64,000 nt of DNA. Origin: Alphaproteobacteria bacterium. GTDB taxonomy: Bacteria > Pseudomonadota > Alphaproteobacteria > Paracaedibacterales > CAITNM01. The notes beneath the pieces were generated by a model. That model saw nothing but the letters and a program-made list of their open reading frames with translations, searched no databases and was not told the origin of the DNA. This document shows positions 1-11,720 of the stretch, piece by piece. How positions within the stretch are numbered: the stretch's first letter is position 1; each line of letters opens with the position of its first letter. The position numbers and the translations under genes are program-made. The DNA lies in NCBI GenBank assembly GCA_947487955.1, contig CANKYV010000001.1:43644-107643 (forward strand). Direction: 5' to 3'.

Positions 1-141
1 AAGGGATAGAGTATTTATGAATAGTTGCACTGGATCACCACGACCACTTCGTGGTCTCGTGATGACGGTCGCTGCGTCATTGCGAGCCTTGCAAAGGCGT
101 GGCAATCTAGTGAATAATTTCGTAACCAAGAAGTAGGTACT

Positions 142-1140
142 ATGACAACGCGTATTCTTTCAGGCATCAGACCAACTGGGCATATTCATTTAGGAAATTA
201 TTTAGGGGCGATTCGCAGTTGGGTTAGCATGCTAGACCAAGTGGATGAACGTCTGTTTTGCATAGTAGATCAGCACGCTTTAACAACTGCCGAAGACGCC
301 AAAGATTTACGCAAAAACACGCTCACTATTGCTGCCGCTTATATTGCAAGTGGAATTGATCCTGTAAAAAATCATATTTTTGTGCAAAGTCACGTGCCTG
401 CTCACACTGAACTTGCATGGTATTTCAATTGTATTACGCCCATGGGTTGGCTTTCACGCATGACGCAGTTTAAAGATAAAGCGGGAAAAAACAAAGACCA
501 GACAATGACAGGTTTGTTTGTGTATCCAGCGCTTATGGCAGCAGATATCTTAATTTACAAAGCAACCCATGTGCCAGTTGGGGAAGATCAAAAACAACAT
601 GTAGAATTAACTCGGGACATTGCCCAAGCGTTTAACAATTACGTGGAAAATAATTTTTTTCCTTTGCCTGAACCAATTATAAAAAGCGAAACAGCACGTA
701 TTATGAGCTTACGTGATGGTTTGAAAAAAATGAGCAAATCAGATCCATCAGATTATTCACGCATTCATTTGCTTGATGATAATGAGACAATTGAGCTTAA
801 AATTCGCAAGGCAAAAACAGATACAGATCCTATTCCTGGATTAGTAAATAATCTAGAGCAACGACCAGAAGCTAAAAATTTGCTGAGTTTGTATGCATTA
901 TTTACTAATAGTTCTCTTGCAAAAGTTATACAAGAATTTGAAGGTAAGCAGTTTTCAGAATTTAAACCAAAATTGGCAGAAGCAACAATTAGTCACTTGG
1001 CACCTATACGAGATGCGATGATTAAGCTTTTGGCAGATGAAGCAATGCTATTGCAACACCTTAAAAAAGGCGCTGATGCAGCAAATACTATTGCAAAAAA
1101 AACCATTAAAGATGTGCGTTCTGCGTTGAATATGGTCTAA
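142..1140 (+). CDS. trpS: tryptophan--tRNA ligase
   Basis: 332-aa ORF with a class-I aaRS HIGH-type motif (TGHIHLGNY) near the N-terminus and a KMSKS loop (KKMSKSD). Size is typical of bacterial TrpRS. Confidence 0.95.
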   Translation: MTTRILSGIRPTGHIHLGNYLGAIRSWVSMLDQVDERLFCIVDQHALTTAEDAKDLRKNTLTIAAAYIASGIDPVKNHIFVQSHVPAHTELAWYFNCITPMGWLSRMTQFKDKAGKNKDQTMTGLFVYPALMAADILIYKATHVPVGEDQKQHVELTRDIAQAFNNYVENNFFPLPEPIIKSETARIMSLRDGLKKMSKSDPSDYSRIHLLDDNETIELKIRKAKTDTDPIPGLVNNLEQRPEAKNLLSLYALFTNSSLAKVIQEFEGKQFSEFKPKLAEATISHLAPIRDAMIKLLADEAMLLQHLKKGADAANTIAKKTIKDVRSALNMV

Positions 1141-1238
1141 CCAAATTAAATTGTTTTAGCCATTTCATGGTGGAACATTGACGCCATTAATTTTACTTGC
1201 CAGACTTTTAAGAGTTGCCAATTAAAATTTAAAGTATA

Positions 1239-1985
1239 GTGAGTATGTTTTTTAAAAGATGTCTTTTCATTTTTGCTTTATTAAGCGCAAGCTTAATGGC
1301 TGATTCCCAACCTGATGGTCCTGACAGAGATACTCGGCAGATTTACACTGGAGTAAGTGGCCGAGATAAAGCATGGTATGCATACTTAGGATCTGTAGGA
1401 GCTATAAATGGAATATTAGATCGCTCAGGATTTCGGTATGATCTTTTCTTAGGCTATGGAAAATATAAATACAGCGATTCAAGTGCTGCTAGTCACAACG
1501 GCATAATATCAAACGTTAATGTGGGAGCAGGATACGAAGTAGTAAATGAGAATAATAGATTTTTCTTAAGTTTTGGTCCTTATTATAGAAATAACAAAGT
1601 TTCACCAGCTGATTCTGCAAATCATTCCACAGGTTCAAAAATTGGCTATTACCTCGCCTCCGATAGCAATATCTGGATATCAAAAGAATACACCTTTGAA
1701 TTTAATCTTTCCTATGGATCCATTGTTGATGAAATTTGGACTCGCATTAGACCTGGGTACACTTTTGATCTTGCACGTACAAAAGTTGGTCCGGAATGTA
1801 CCTTTGAAAAACAACGTAATTTTAAAGAATTACGTTTGGGTGGTTTCGTAGCATTTGGGCATTTTAGAAACGCAGAAATTTGTTTGAATGCAGGTCATGC
1901 AAATTATAAATTTAAATCAAATACTCTTTCTTCTCCAAGGAAAAAAGGAGCGTATGCAGGACTGAATTATTCTTATCGTTTTTAG
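1239..1985 (+). CDS. secreted outer-membrane beta-barrel-like protein (possibly a BcsS-like partner of the adjacent synthase)
   Basis: 248 aa with an N-terminal signal peptide (FIFALLSASLMA/DS), a Gly/aromatic-rich alternating strand pattern and a C-terminal YSYRF ending in Phe, as in OM barrels. It lies about 50 nt upstream of a BcsA-like gene. The BcsS idea is contextual only. Confidence 0.5.
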   Translation: MSMFFKRCLFIFALLSASLMADSQPDGPDRDTRQIYTGVSGRDKAWYAYLGSVGAINGILDRSGFRYDLFLGYGKYKYSDSSAASHNGIISNVNVGAGYEVVNENNRFFLSFGPYYRNNKVSPADSANHSTGSKIGYYLASDSNIWISKEYTFEFNLSYGSIVDEIWTRIRPGYTFDLARTKVGPECTFEKQRNFKELRLGGFVAFGHFRNAEICLNAGHANYKFKSNTLSSPRKKGAYAGLNYSYRF

Positions 1986-2036
1986 CGCATTAGTAAATAT
2001 CAAAAGCTGCTTCACAAATAAGCTTTAGGATTTTTA

Positions 2037-4256
2037 ATGAAAAAAACTTCAAGACAGCAAATATTTAGACATGCATGCGCCATTAGCTTGCTATTAGTTT
2101 TGTTGGGGTATGTTGCGTGGCGATTTACAATCATTAATGAAAAATACCTATTGCTATCTTATTTATTTTTTTTCACATCATTAATCACTCTTATTAGTTC
2201 TATTTTTATTATTGTAACCACGTGGAATAGTGCAACACTTCCTTTAGGATCTTTTTTATATTCTAAAAAAATTGATGTTCTTATTCCTACGTACAAAGAG
2301 CCAATTAATATTATTGAGAAAACGCTAAAAGCAGCTTCAAAACTAGATTACCCGTGCCAGGTAATAGTTCTTGATGATGCAGACAGAAAAGATGTTGAAA
2401 ATCTTACCAAAGAGCTAGGATTTAAATACCTGTGTAGAGGCAATAATACTCATGCAAAAGCTGGAAATTTAAATTTTGGATTAAGCCATTCAACAGCAGA
2501 ATATGTTGCTGTATTTGATGCCGATCATATCCCACAAAAACAAGCACTTACTTTGCTGATGCAGTATTTTACAAGCAATGATGTTGCTTTTGTGCAATCC
2601 CCACAAGATCATTTTAATACTGATGCCCTACAATTTTTAAACACAGAACATGAAAAAAAAATTTGGCATGACCAATCGGTATTTTATGATTTAAACCTTC
2701 CAGCGGCAAACACACATAATGTTGCTTCGTGCGTTGGAACGGGAGTTGTTTACAGAAGAAAAGCCATTAATGACATAGGCGGCATTCCTTGCGAAACACT
2801 AACGGAAGACACTCATACATCATTAAAATTACACATGAATAAGTGGAAAAGCGTTTATTTGCCAAAGCCAATTGCCTATGGTGTGTCACCTTCTGATAAT
2901 CGTGAATACTTCAAAACACGGCATAGGTGGGCACAAGGAAATTTTCAAATGATAAAAAATGAAAAAATTTTCACGAACAAAAAACTTAGCCCTGCAAGTA
3001 AGATTTTTTATCTAAATTTTTTAATGCAATCTATTAATGAATTTCAGCTATTAATATTAATTTTTTTACCTATTTTATCACTGTTTTTTGGGTGGCAATC
3101 ATTTGTTGTAACGCCTTTAAATATTTTATTTTTACTTGGGTGCCCGGTTATTTTTCATTTTTTGCTAAAAGAAATCACCCATGGTTATACCCAATTTTGG
3201 AAGAATGAAGTTCTTTCCATTATGCGTTTTCCTACTCACATCAAGGCAGCATTTGGTTTATTGAAACTCAATATACCTTGGCATTCATCAAACAAGAATA
3301 TAAAAGGAAAAATTGATTGGAGCTTGCTAATACCTCAAATATCTATCTTATTTTTTTGTGCATTATCTGTTTTGTATGGCGCTATAAAGCTATACCCTGA
3401 CTTTAAAGCAGGACCAATTATAGGTGCTTTGCAGGCTTATTTTATTCAACCAAGCAATCAATCGATTGGATCACTTAAAAAATTTTTTAATACACCACTT
3501 GATGATGGCTATTCATTAGAGCTTTTAATCATGTGCGGATTTTGGTCATTTTTCAGTATTTTTAGGGTTATTTCTTATCTCAGAATTTTGCTTAAAAAAG
3601 TAAAAAATAGTTCAGAGAATTTTCGATTTAAGATGCATCTTCCAGTGTCTTGCAATGACTGTGCACCCAATTCTGAAATGCTTACGAATAGAATATCGGA
3701 AGACACAATTACGATATCTACTAAAAATGTAAAGCTAGACAAATTGATTATTGATCAAACATATCTTTTGAAACTTCTTCTTCCAAGTGGGTATTTAGAC
3801 ATAGAAATGAGGTACGCGGGTATTGATGGGAGAGAGCATATTTTTGGCATTGCAGCTAAAGATAAAAAATCTAAACTTATTGATGCATTATATTCGGTTG
3901 CGTGGCATCGGTATTTGTATTTTGATGCAGCACCTTTTAACACTTTGTACTTATCTTTAAAGCGCCTATTTGCAGAACACAAAAATTCAAGAAAAGTAGA
4001 AACGGTTATTTTTAAAGAGAAGCTTAAAAAAAATTCAGACTATTTAGGCTTTATAGAAAGTTATGGAGAACATTTGCATATATTTAGCTTTTCTTCACTT
4101 AATGATGGCTCATTAATTACTGTTAAATATGCTGAAAATGGCAAAATAAGAACATATAAAATAATTGGCAAAAATGAAATTAATAAGATACTTCATTTAA
4201 CAAAAAATTTAGATGACACAGAATGTTATTATTATCGAGTTAGCTGTGCGGATTAG
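2037..4256 (+). CDS. family-2 processive glycosyltransferase, cellulose-synthase (BcsA)-like, with a degenerate PilZ-like tail
   Basis: 739 aa. N-terminal TM helices are followed by GT2 signatures DVLIPTYKEP, VLDDADR, VFDADH, TEDTHTS (TED) and RHRWAQG (QxxRW type). More TM helices and a ~230-aa soluble C-terminal region follow. Confidence 0.8.
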   Translation: MKKTSRQQIFRHACAISLLLVLLGYVAWRFTIINEKYLLLSYLFFFTSLITLISSIFIIVTTWNSATLPLGSFLYSKKIDVLIPTYKEPINIIEKTLKAASKLDYPCQVIVLDDADRKDVENLTKELGFKYLCRGNNTHAKAGNLNFGLSHSTAEYVAVFDADHIPQKQALTLLMQYFTSNDVAFVQSPQDHFNTDALQFLNTEHEKKIWHDQSVFYDLNLPAANTHNVASCVGTGVVYRRKAINDIGGIPCETLTEDTHTSLKLHMNKWKSVYLPKPIAYGVSPSDNREYFKTRHRWAQGNFQMIKNEKIFTNKKLSPASKIFYLNFLMQSINEFQLLILIFLPILSLFFGWQSFVVTPLNILFLLGCPVIFHFLLKEITHGYTQFWKNEVLSIMRFPTHIKAAFGLLKLNIPWHSSNKNIKGKIDWSLLIPQISILFFCALSVLYGAIKLYPDFKAGPIIGALQAYFIQPSNQSIGSLKKFFNTPLDDGYSLELLIMCGFWSFFSIFRVISYLRILLKKVKNSSENFRFKMHLPVSCNDCAPNSEMLTNRISEDTITISTKNVKLDKLIIDQTYLLKLLLPSGYLDIEMRYAGIDGREHIFGIAAKDKKSKLIDALYSVAWHRYLYFDAAPFNTLYLSLKRLFAEHKNSRKVETVIFKEKLKKNSDYLGFIESYGEHLHIFSFSSLNDGSLITVKYAENGKIRTYKIIGKNEINKILHLTKNLDDTECYYYRVSCAD

Positions 4257-4277
4257 TGCTGAATATGGTGCAATAAA

Positions 4278-4308
4278 AAAACCCGATGGGAATTTCCACC
4301 GGGTTTTG
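4278..4308 (+). terminator. rho-independent terminator-like hairpin after the synthase gene
   Basis: AAAACCCGaTGGgaatttCCAcCGGGTTTT: a GC-containing stem flanked by an A-tract and a T-tract, 22 nt after the stop codon. Confidence 0.55.
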
Positions 4309-4528
4309 ATTAGAGTATTTCAGCTGTTTAGTTTTGAGAACCGGAGTATTTTTGCCTTAAAGCCATTATAGATGGAGAGAGATCATCTCCTTTTCCTTCC
4401 CAAAGTTTGGCCATATCTGCTCGCATTGCTTCTAATCGTAGTAGCAATCCATCAGAATGCTGATCTTCTTGAGTTTCAGATTGATAACCGCGTAGCTGTT
4501 CTTGCATTTGGCTTACTTGCAATTGCAA

Positions 4529-5550
4529 GACTTGATTTTCTTAAAGTGCATTATTTTGATTTGGAGGATTATACAGATTTAGCGCGTTTGCAAAATCCAA
4601 AGCTCGCACTTGAACCTCTTGAGGGACTCATTATTATTGATGAAATTCAGCGTATGCCAGATCTTTTTCCGTATTTACGCGTGTTAGCCGATAGGCCCAA
4701 AAAGCCAGCTAAGTTTTTAATTTTAGGAAGTGCTTCTCGTGAGTTACTGCGCCAATCATCTGAATCCCTTGCAGGCCGAATTGCGTATACGGAAGTGAAA
4801 CCTTTTAGCTTATCTGAAGTGGGAGATCAAAAAACTTTATGGGTGCGGGGTGGATTCCCTCTTTCTTATTTGGCTTATTCAGATGAAGCGAGTCAGCGCT
4901 GGCGCCAAATTTACATGCAAACATATTTTGAAAAAGACCTTGTTGATTTGGGTCTAAATTTGCCACCACAGCGTATAATGCGGCTATGGTCTTTACTAAC
5001 ACAGTATCATGGCGCTTGCATTAATTATGCGAACATGGCTCAGTTAATGGAAATTTCTGTGCCTACTCTTAAAAATTATTTGGCGCTTTTAGAGGGGACA
5101 TTCATGCTGCGAGTCCTTTCCCCTTGGTATGAAAATAAAGGTAAGCGTCTGGTAAAAACTCCCAAACTTTATATTCGAGATGCCGGAGTGTACCATCAAT
5201 TGGTGAATATTCGATCTTACGAAGATTTAATCTTGTCTAAGGATTTAGGAACTTCATGGGAAGGCTTTGCGCTAGAGGAAGTTTTAAAGGCGTCCCAAGA
5301 GCAAGAATGTTATTTTTGGTCAACGCATCAGCAGGCAGAATTGGATCTGTTCATAAAGTCAAAAGGTAAACGACTTGGTTTTGAGTTTAAAGCGACAGAT
5401 AAGCCTACTATAACGAAATCGATGCGTAGTGCTATGGAGTATTTAGAGCTTGATAAATTGTATATTATTACTCCCATTGAAGAGAGTTTTGCTTTAGAAG
5501 ACCAAGTAGAAGTGCTTGCACTTAGTGAATGTAGAAAGGTTTTTCAATAA
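4529..5550 (+). pseudogene. 5'-truncated AAA-type ATPase (AAA_14/DUF4143 family), P-loop missing
   Basis: The track ORF is 4372-5550. Family-like sequence starts only at ...VHYFDLED... (about nt 4529). IIIDEIQ (Walker B-like), LILGSASRELL and SLAGRI are present, but there is no GxxGxGK[ST] Walker A. The first ~52 codons are unrelated hydrophobic read-through. Confidence 0.6.
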
Positions 5551-5620
5551 CAATCGCCTTCTTCATGAAAATCACTAAATATTATTATTGATTTTCATGA
5601 AGGGTAATCGATAACTATAT

Positions 5621-6400
5621 TTAGTGTGCCCAAGAGGCTCCCATTAGGTCAAAGACTCCACCTGTAGCGCTTGGCACTTTACCTGAAGCAAGAAAATCAA
5701 CCATATCTACAATTTCTTGTACCTTGACCGTTTGACCTGTTGGCATGGAAGAAAGACACTGTGCTTTGACATCAGGCTTCAAACTTTCAAACATTTTTCC
5801 TTCAACAGGCCCTGGCGCTACAACATATACAAAAATGTTATTTTTTGCATTATCGCGCGCAATGTCATAAGAATATTTAGTTAATGCGGCTTTTGAATCG
5901 GCATAAACATAGTAACCTTTTGGAAGGCCTCGATAGGCTGTGCGACTACCCATGTTAATAATAATTCCCGTCTTTTTTTGTGCATTAAAATGATCAATGG
6001 CATGGTCGCAGACAACGCGTTGAGATAGGTAATTTATATTAAGAATCCGCTGAGTATCAGCTAATGATTGTTCTTCTTGCTCAATTCCTGCTGAATTAAT
6101 CACCACATTAACATGATCGCAACATTTCAAAACTTCTGTCCAAAATGCTTGTATGGTTTCAGGTTGGCTAAAATCGGCTTGTATTAAATGAACTTGCACT
6201 GGAGATGCTTGCTGTAGTTTTTCTAGTTCTTGCTTGTTATTAAAATAATGACAAATCACCGTATCACCCTTGCCAATAAAGTGTTTCGCAATTCCTAAAC
6301 CGATATCACCACTAGCACCGGTAATAAGCACAACTCTTCCTGAAGCACTGAGCGCAAAACCTAAGGTTATTACGATTGCGTAACATAATTTTTTAAACAT
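5621..6400 (-). CDS. short-chain dehydrogenase/reductase (SDR) with an N-terminal hydrophobic extension
   Basis: 259 aa with the Rossmann motif TGASGDIGLG, INSAG, and catalytic YADSKAA (YxxxK). A ~20-aa signal-like leader (ITLGFALSASG) precedes the fold. Confidence 0.85.
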   Translation of the reverse strand: MFKKLCYAIVITLGFALSASGRVVLITGASGDIGLGIAKHFIGKGDTVICHYFNNKQELEKLQQASPVQVHLIQADFSQPETIQAFWTEVLKCCDHVNVVINSAGIEQEEQSLADTQRILNINYLSQRVVCDHAIDHFNAQKKTGIIINMGSRTAYRGLPKGYYVYADSKAALTKYSYDIARDNAKNNIFVYVVAPGPVEGKMFESLKPDVKAQCLSSMPTGQTVKVQEIVDMVDFLASGKVPSATGGVFDLMGASWAH

Positions 6401-6484
6401 TTACTTTTCCCTGAATCATGAAAATTTTCTTTAGTTATCTTCTGCTGTTTTAGTAAAGTCAACATAGTAAAACTTAATGCTTAA

Positions 6485-8611
<2,127 letters not shown>

Positions 8612-8644
8612 GAGTAAAATACCTACTCACTTAAAAGCTAAAAA

Positions 8645-8827
8645 TTAAGCTTCTGGACTTTCAATCCACCGAGATGAAAACGCTGATATTGCCCCATCTA
8701 AATGTTCCCCTTCACTGTCATCATCTTCAAGGTATAAATTTCGATTGTTTGCCGCATCTAAAGTTACGCAAACTTCAGAAAAAAATAGAACTAATGACAA
8801 GATAATCATTTTAAATGATAGTTGCAT
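8645..8827 (-). CDS. small secreted acidic protein (hypothetical)
   Basis: The internal ATG at 8827 is preceded by a strong RBS (GAAAGGAGAATGGAAT-ATG). It has a signal peptide (MQLSFKMIILSLVLFF) and an acidic mature part. No family was recognised. Confidence 0.4.
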   Translation of the reverse strand: MQLSFKMIILSLVLFFSEVCVTLDAANNRNLYLEDDDSEGEHLDGAISAFSSRWIESPEA

Positions 8828-8963
8828 ATTCCATTCTCCTTTCGGAAAAGTACCAAATTCCCTAACCAATTAGGATTGTAATTAAAATTGGTTAACAAAA
8901 AGTTAATGAAATATATTTTATTTATTAACTAAGTAATAAAAATTAACACATAATAAAAAAATA

Positions 8964-11564
8964 TTAAGAAGATAAGAATTTCTCGATTGCTAGTTGAATT
9001 TGTCCTATAGCACTTGGATTTGTGCCACCTGCTTGAGCCATGTCTGGTCGGCCTCCACCGCCTTGGCCGCCTACTACTTGGGCAGCAACTTTTACTAAAT
9101 CAACGGCACTAATTTTTGATGTAAGATCATCTGTGACACCTATTACTAAGGATACTTTTTCATCATAAGTACTAGTTACAACAATAATTCCGGAGGTTAA
9201 TTTTTTCTTCAGCTCATCAACGATGCTCTTAAGATCTTTTGCGGGAATATCTTGCAGATGCTTAAAAATAGCTTGGATTCCTGCTACTGAATCAATTTTT
9301 TCTGCAGTGCTTTTTCCACCTACTGCCGCATTACGCTTAGTTTCAGCAAGCTGTTTTTGCAAATATTGTATGGTTTTACGAGAACTTTCTTGTTCTTGAG
9401 TAAGTGTTGTTTGTAGCTCATAAAGTTTATCAATAATGCTTGCGCCAGTAATTGCTTCGATGCGACGCACCCCTGCTGAAACGCTTGATTCATTCACAAT
9501 TTTTATAAGACCAATATCGCCAGTACGTTGCACATGTGTGCCACCGCAAAGCTCAACAGAAAAATCACCAAGACGAAGCACACGCACTACATCACCATAT
9601 TTTTCACCAAACAACGCCATGGCTCCTTCTGCTATAGCTTCATCGGGTGTCATTAATTTTGTATGCGCTTCATGGTTGCCGAGAATTTCCTGATTCACGA
9701 GCACCTCGATTTTGCGCAATTGCTCAGACGTTACCGCAACTGAATGAGTAAAATCAAAACGCAAGCGATTAGGACCAACCAATGATCCTTTTTGAGTTAC
9801 ATGATCACCTAAAACGTTGCGCAAGGCTGCGTGAAGTAAATGGGTTGCCGAATGGTTTGCTGCTGTTTTAGAGCGAGCTTGTGCATTAACAGTTAGTCGA
9901 ACATTATCACCAACTTTTAGAGATGAGCCCTCACGCTCACTTTGTGAGCTCAGGGAGACGGAAGAGCTGATTTTGTGTGCATGAAGGCTTCCAACCATTT
10001 TTTGGCAATCAAGTACATCGAACGTACCTTGATCCGTTTCCATGGCGCCTATATCACCAACTTGACCACCGGATTCTGCATAGAAAGGCGTTTGATTGCA
10101 TAATATCCAAGCATCTTGCGTACTTTCAGATAGCAATTTTCCATCTTTAACAATGGCGAGTACTTTAGCTTCAGAAATTAATGAGGTGTAGCCCAAAAAT
10201 TCAGTGGCTCCATGCTCTTCTTTTAGATCAAACCAGATTTTTTCAAAGCCTGCTTCGCCTGAACCTGCCCACGAGGCACGTGCTAACTTTTTTTGTTTTT
10301 CCATGGCTACGTTAAAGCCATCGGTGTCAACGCTTTGGCCTTCTGTTCGCAGTACATCTTGTGTGAGATCCAACGGAAAACCATACGTATCATACAGACG
10401 AAACGCAACATCACCCGAGAGAGCTTGTCCGCTTTTTAAATGGCTAGCCTCTTCTTTTAAGAGTTTTAATCCGCGATCAAGAGTTTGACGGAATTTTTCT
10501 TCTTCATGAAATAAGGTTTGGGTGATTAATGATTGCGCACGCAACAACTGCGGATAGGTATCAGCCATTAGATTGACGAGTGTTGCAACAAGTCGATGCA
10601 TCAACGGATCTTTAGCCCCTAACATATGGGCATGACGCATTGCACGACGCATAATGCGGCGCAGCACATATCCACGGCCTTCGTTTGAAGGCAAAACACC
10701 ATCAGCGATTAAAAAGCTGCAAGCACGTAAATGATCAGCGATTACATTATGAGACTGTCTCATGCCTGCATTGCCGGTTTCGCTTTTTGAAGCTTCAATT
10801 AAACTTTTAAACAGGTCGATGTCGTAGTTGTTGTGCGCGCCTTGTAAAAGTGCTGCGATGCGCTCTAGCCCCATACCGGTATCGACAGAAGGTTTTGGTA
10901 GGTTGATGCGCGTACCATCAGCAAGTTGTTCATATTGCATGAAAACCAAATTCCATATTTCAATGAAACGATCACCATCCTCATCAGCAGAACCGGGAGG
11001 GCCACCTGGGATTTTATCGCCATAGTCATAAAATATTTCGGTACATGGCCCACAAGGCCCTGTGTCGCCCATGCTCCAAAAATTATCAGATGTAGCAATT
11101 CGAATAATTTTATCGTCAGAAAAACCTGTGAGCTTTTTCCAAATGCTTGCTGCTTCATCATCATCGGCATATACGGTTACGAGCAAACGAGTTGGATCAA
11201 TATTGAAATGCTTAGTAACCAATTCCCAAGCCAACACAATTGCACGTTCTTTAAAATAATCTCCAAATGAAAAATTTCCCAACATTTCAAAGAAGGTATG
11301 ATGGCGCGCTGTATAACCCACGTTATCAAGGTCATTATGTTTACCACCCGCACGTAAGCATTTTTGTGAAGATGCTGCAGTCTTATACTCTCTTGTTTCT
11401 TTACCAGTAAATACATCTTTAAATTGCACCATGCCAGCTGCTGTAAACATCAATGTTGGGTCATTTTGAGGAACAAGCGGACTGGATGCTACAATTTCAT
11501 GACCATTAGCTTTGTAATAATCAAGAAAAGTTGAACGGATAGACTGCAGAGATTTAAGAGACAT
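8964..11564 (-). CDS. alaS: alanine--tRNA ligase
   Basis: 866 aa with the canonical N-terminus (FLDYYKANGHEIVASSPLVPQNDPTLMFTAAGMVQFK), editing-domain HxxxH/CGGTH motifs and a C-terminal GGGGRPDMAQAGG. Confidence 0.97.
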   Translation of the reverse strand: MSLKSLQSIRSTFLDYYKANGHEIVASSPLVPQNDPTLMFTAAGMVQFKDVFTGKETREYKTAASSQKCLRAGGKHNDLDNVGYTARHHTFFEMLGNFSFGDYFKERAIVLAWELVTKHFNIDPTRLLVTVYADDDEAASIWKKLTGFSDDKIIRIATSDNFWSMGDTGPCGPCTEIFYDYGDKIPGGPPGSADEDGDRFIEIWNLVFMQYEQLADGTRINLPKPSVDTGMGLERIAALLQGAHNNYDIDLFKSLIEASKSETGNAGMRQSHNVIADHLRACSFLIADGVLPSNEGRGYVLRRIMRRAMRHAHMLGAKDPLMHRLVATLVNLMADTYPQLLRAQSLITQTLFHEEEKFRQTLDRGLKLLKEEASHLKSGQALSGDVAFRLYDTYGFPLDLTQDVLRTEGQSVDTDGFNVAMEKQKKLARASWAGSGEAGFEKIWFDLKEEHGATEFLGYTSLISEAKVLAIVKDGKLLSESTQDAWILCNQTPFYAESGGQVGDIGAMETDQGTFDVLDCQKMVGSLHAHKISSSVSLSSQSEREGSSLKVGDNVRLTVNAQARSKTAANHSATHLLHAALRNVLGDHVTQKGSLVGPNRLRFDFTHSVAVTSEQLRKIEVLVNQEILGNHEAHTKLMTPDEAIAEGAMALFGEKYGDVVRVLRLGDFSVELCGGTHVQRTGDIGLIKIVNESSVSAGVRRIEAITGASIIDKLYELQTTLTQEQESSRKTIQYLQKQLAETKRNAAVGGKSTAEKIDSVAGIQAIFKHLQDIPAKDLKSIVDELKKKLTSGIIVVTSTYDEKVSLVIGVTDDLTSKISAVDLVKVAAQVVGGQGGGGRPDMAQAGGTNPSAIGQIQLAIEKFLSS

Positions 11565-11720
11565 GGCTCAAGTGTTTAGATCTTATGTGGCTAGAGTACC
11601 ATACTCAAAAGAGAATTTAAATAATGACAGGGGTGAACTGGTATCTCCTTAAAAACATCATTGTGCTTAAGAAAATACTTGGGCAAAATTTACACCTTAG
11701 CAATAAAGAGGATAAAGTTT

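Noticed and set aside
1-141. T-box riboswitch upstream of trpS.
   Set aside because: No T-box consensus (AGGGUGGNACCGCG-like) or specifier-loop architecture is visible, so only generic hairpins are reported.
1573-1851. 92-aa ORF in an alternative plus-strand frame within the OM-barrel gene.
   Set aside because: It is nested in the longer ORF, which has a signal peptide and a C-terminal Phe, and it has no RBS or motif of its own.
4328-4528. 66-aa minus-strand coiled-coil-like ORF as a real gene.
   Set aside because: It has a TTG start only, no RBS and no recognisable family. It is more likely a fragment at a rearrangement junction and is reported only as part of that finding.
9436-11416. Seven 65-114-aa ORFs on both strands inside alaS (for example 10865-11170 and 10926-11270).
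   Set aside because: They lie entirely within a strongly supported 866-aa alaS frame. They have low-complexity or odd composition and no motifs, and are typical shadow ORFs.
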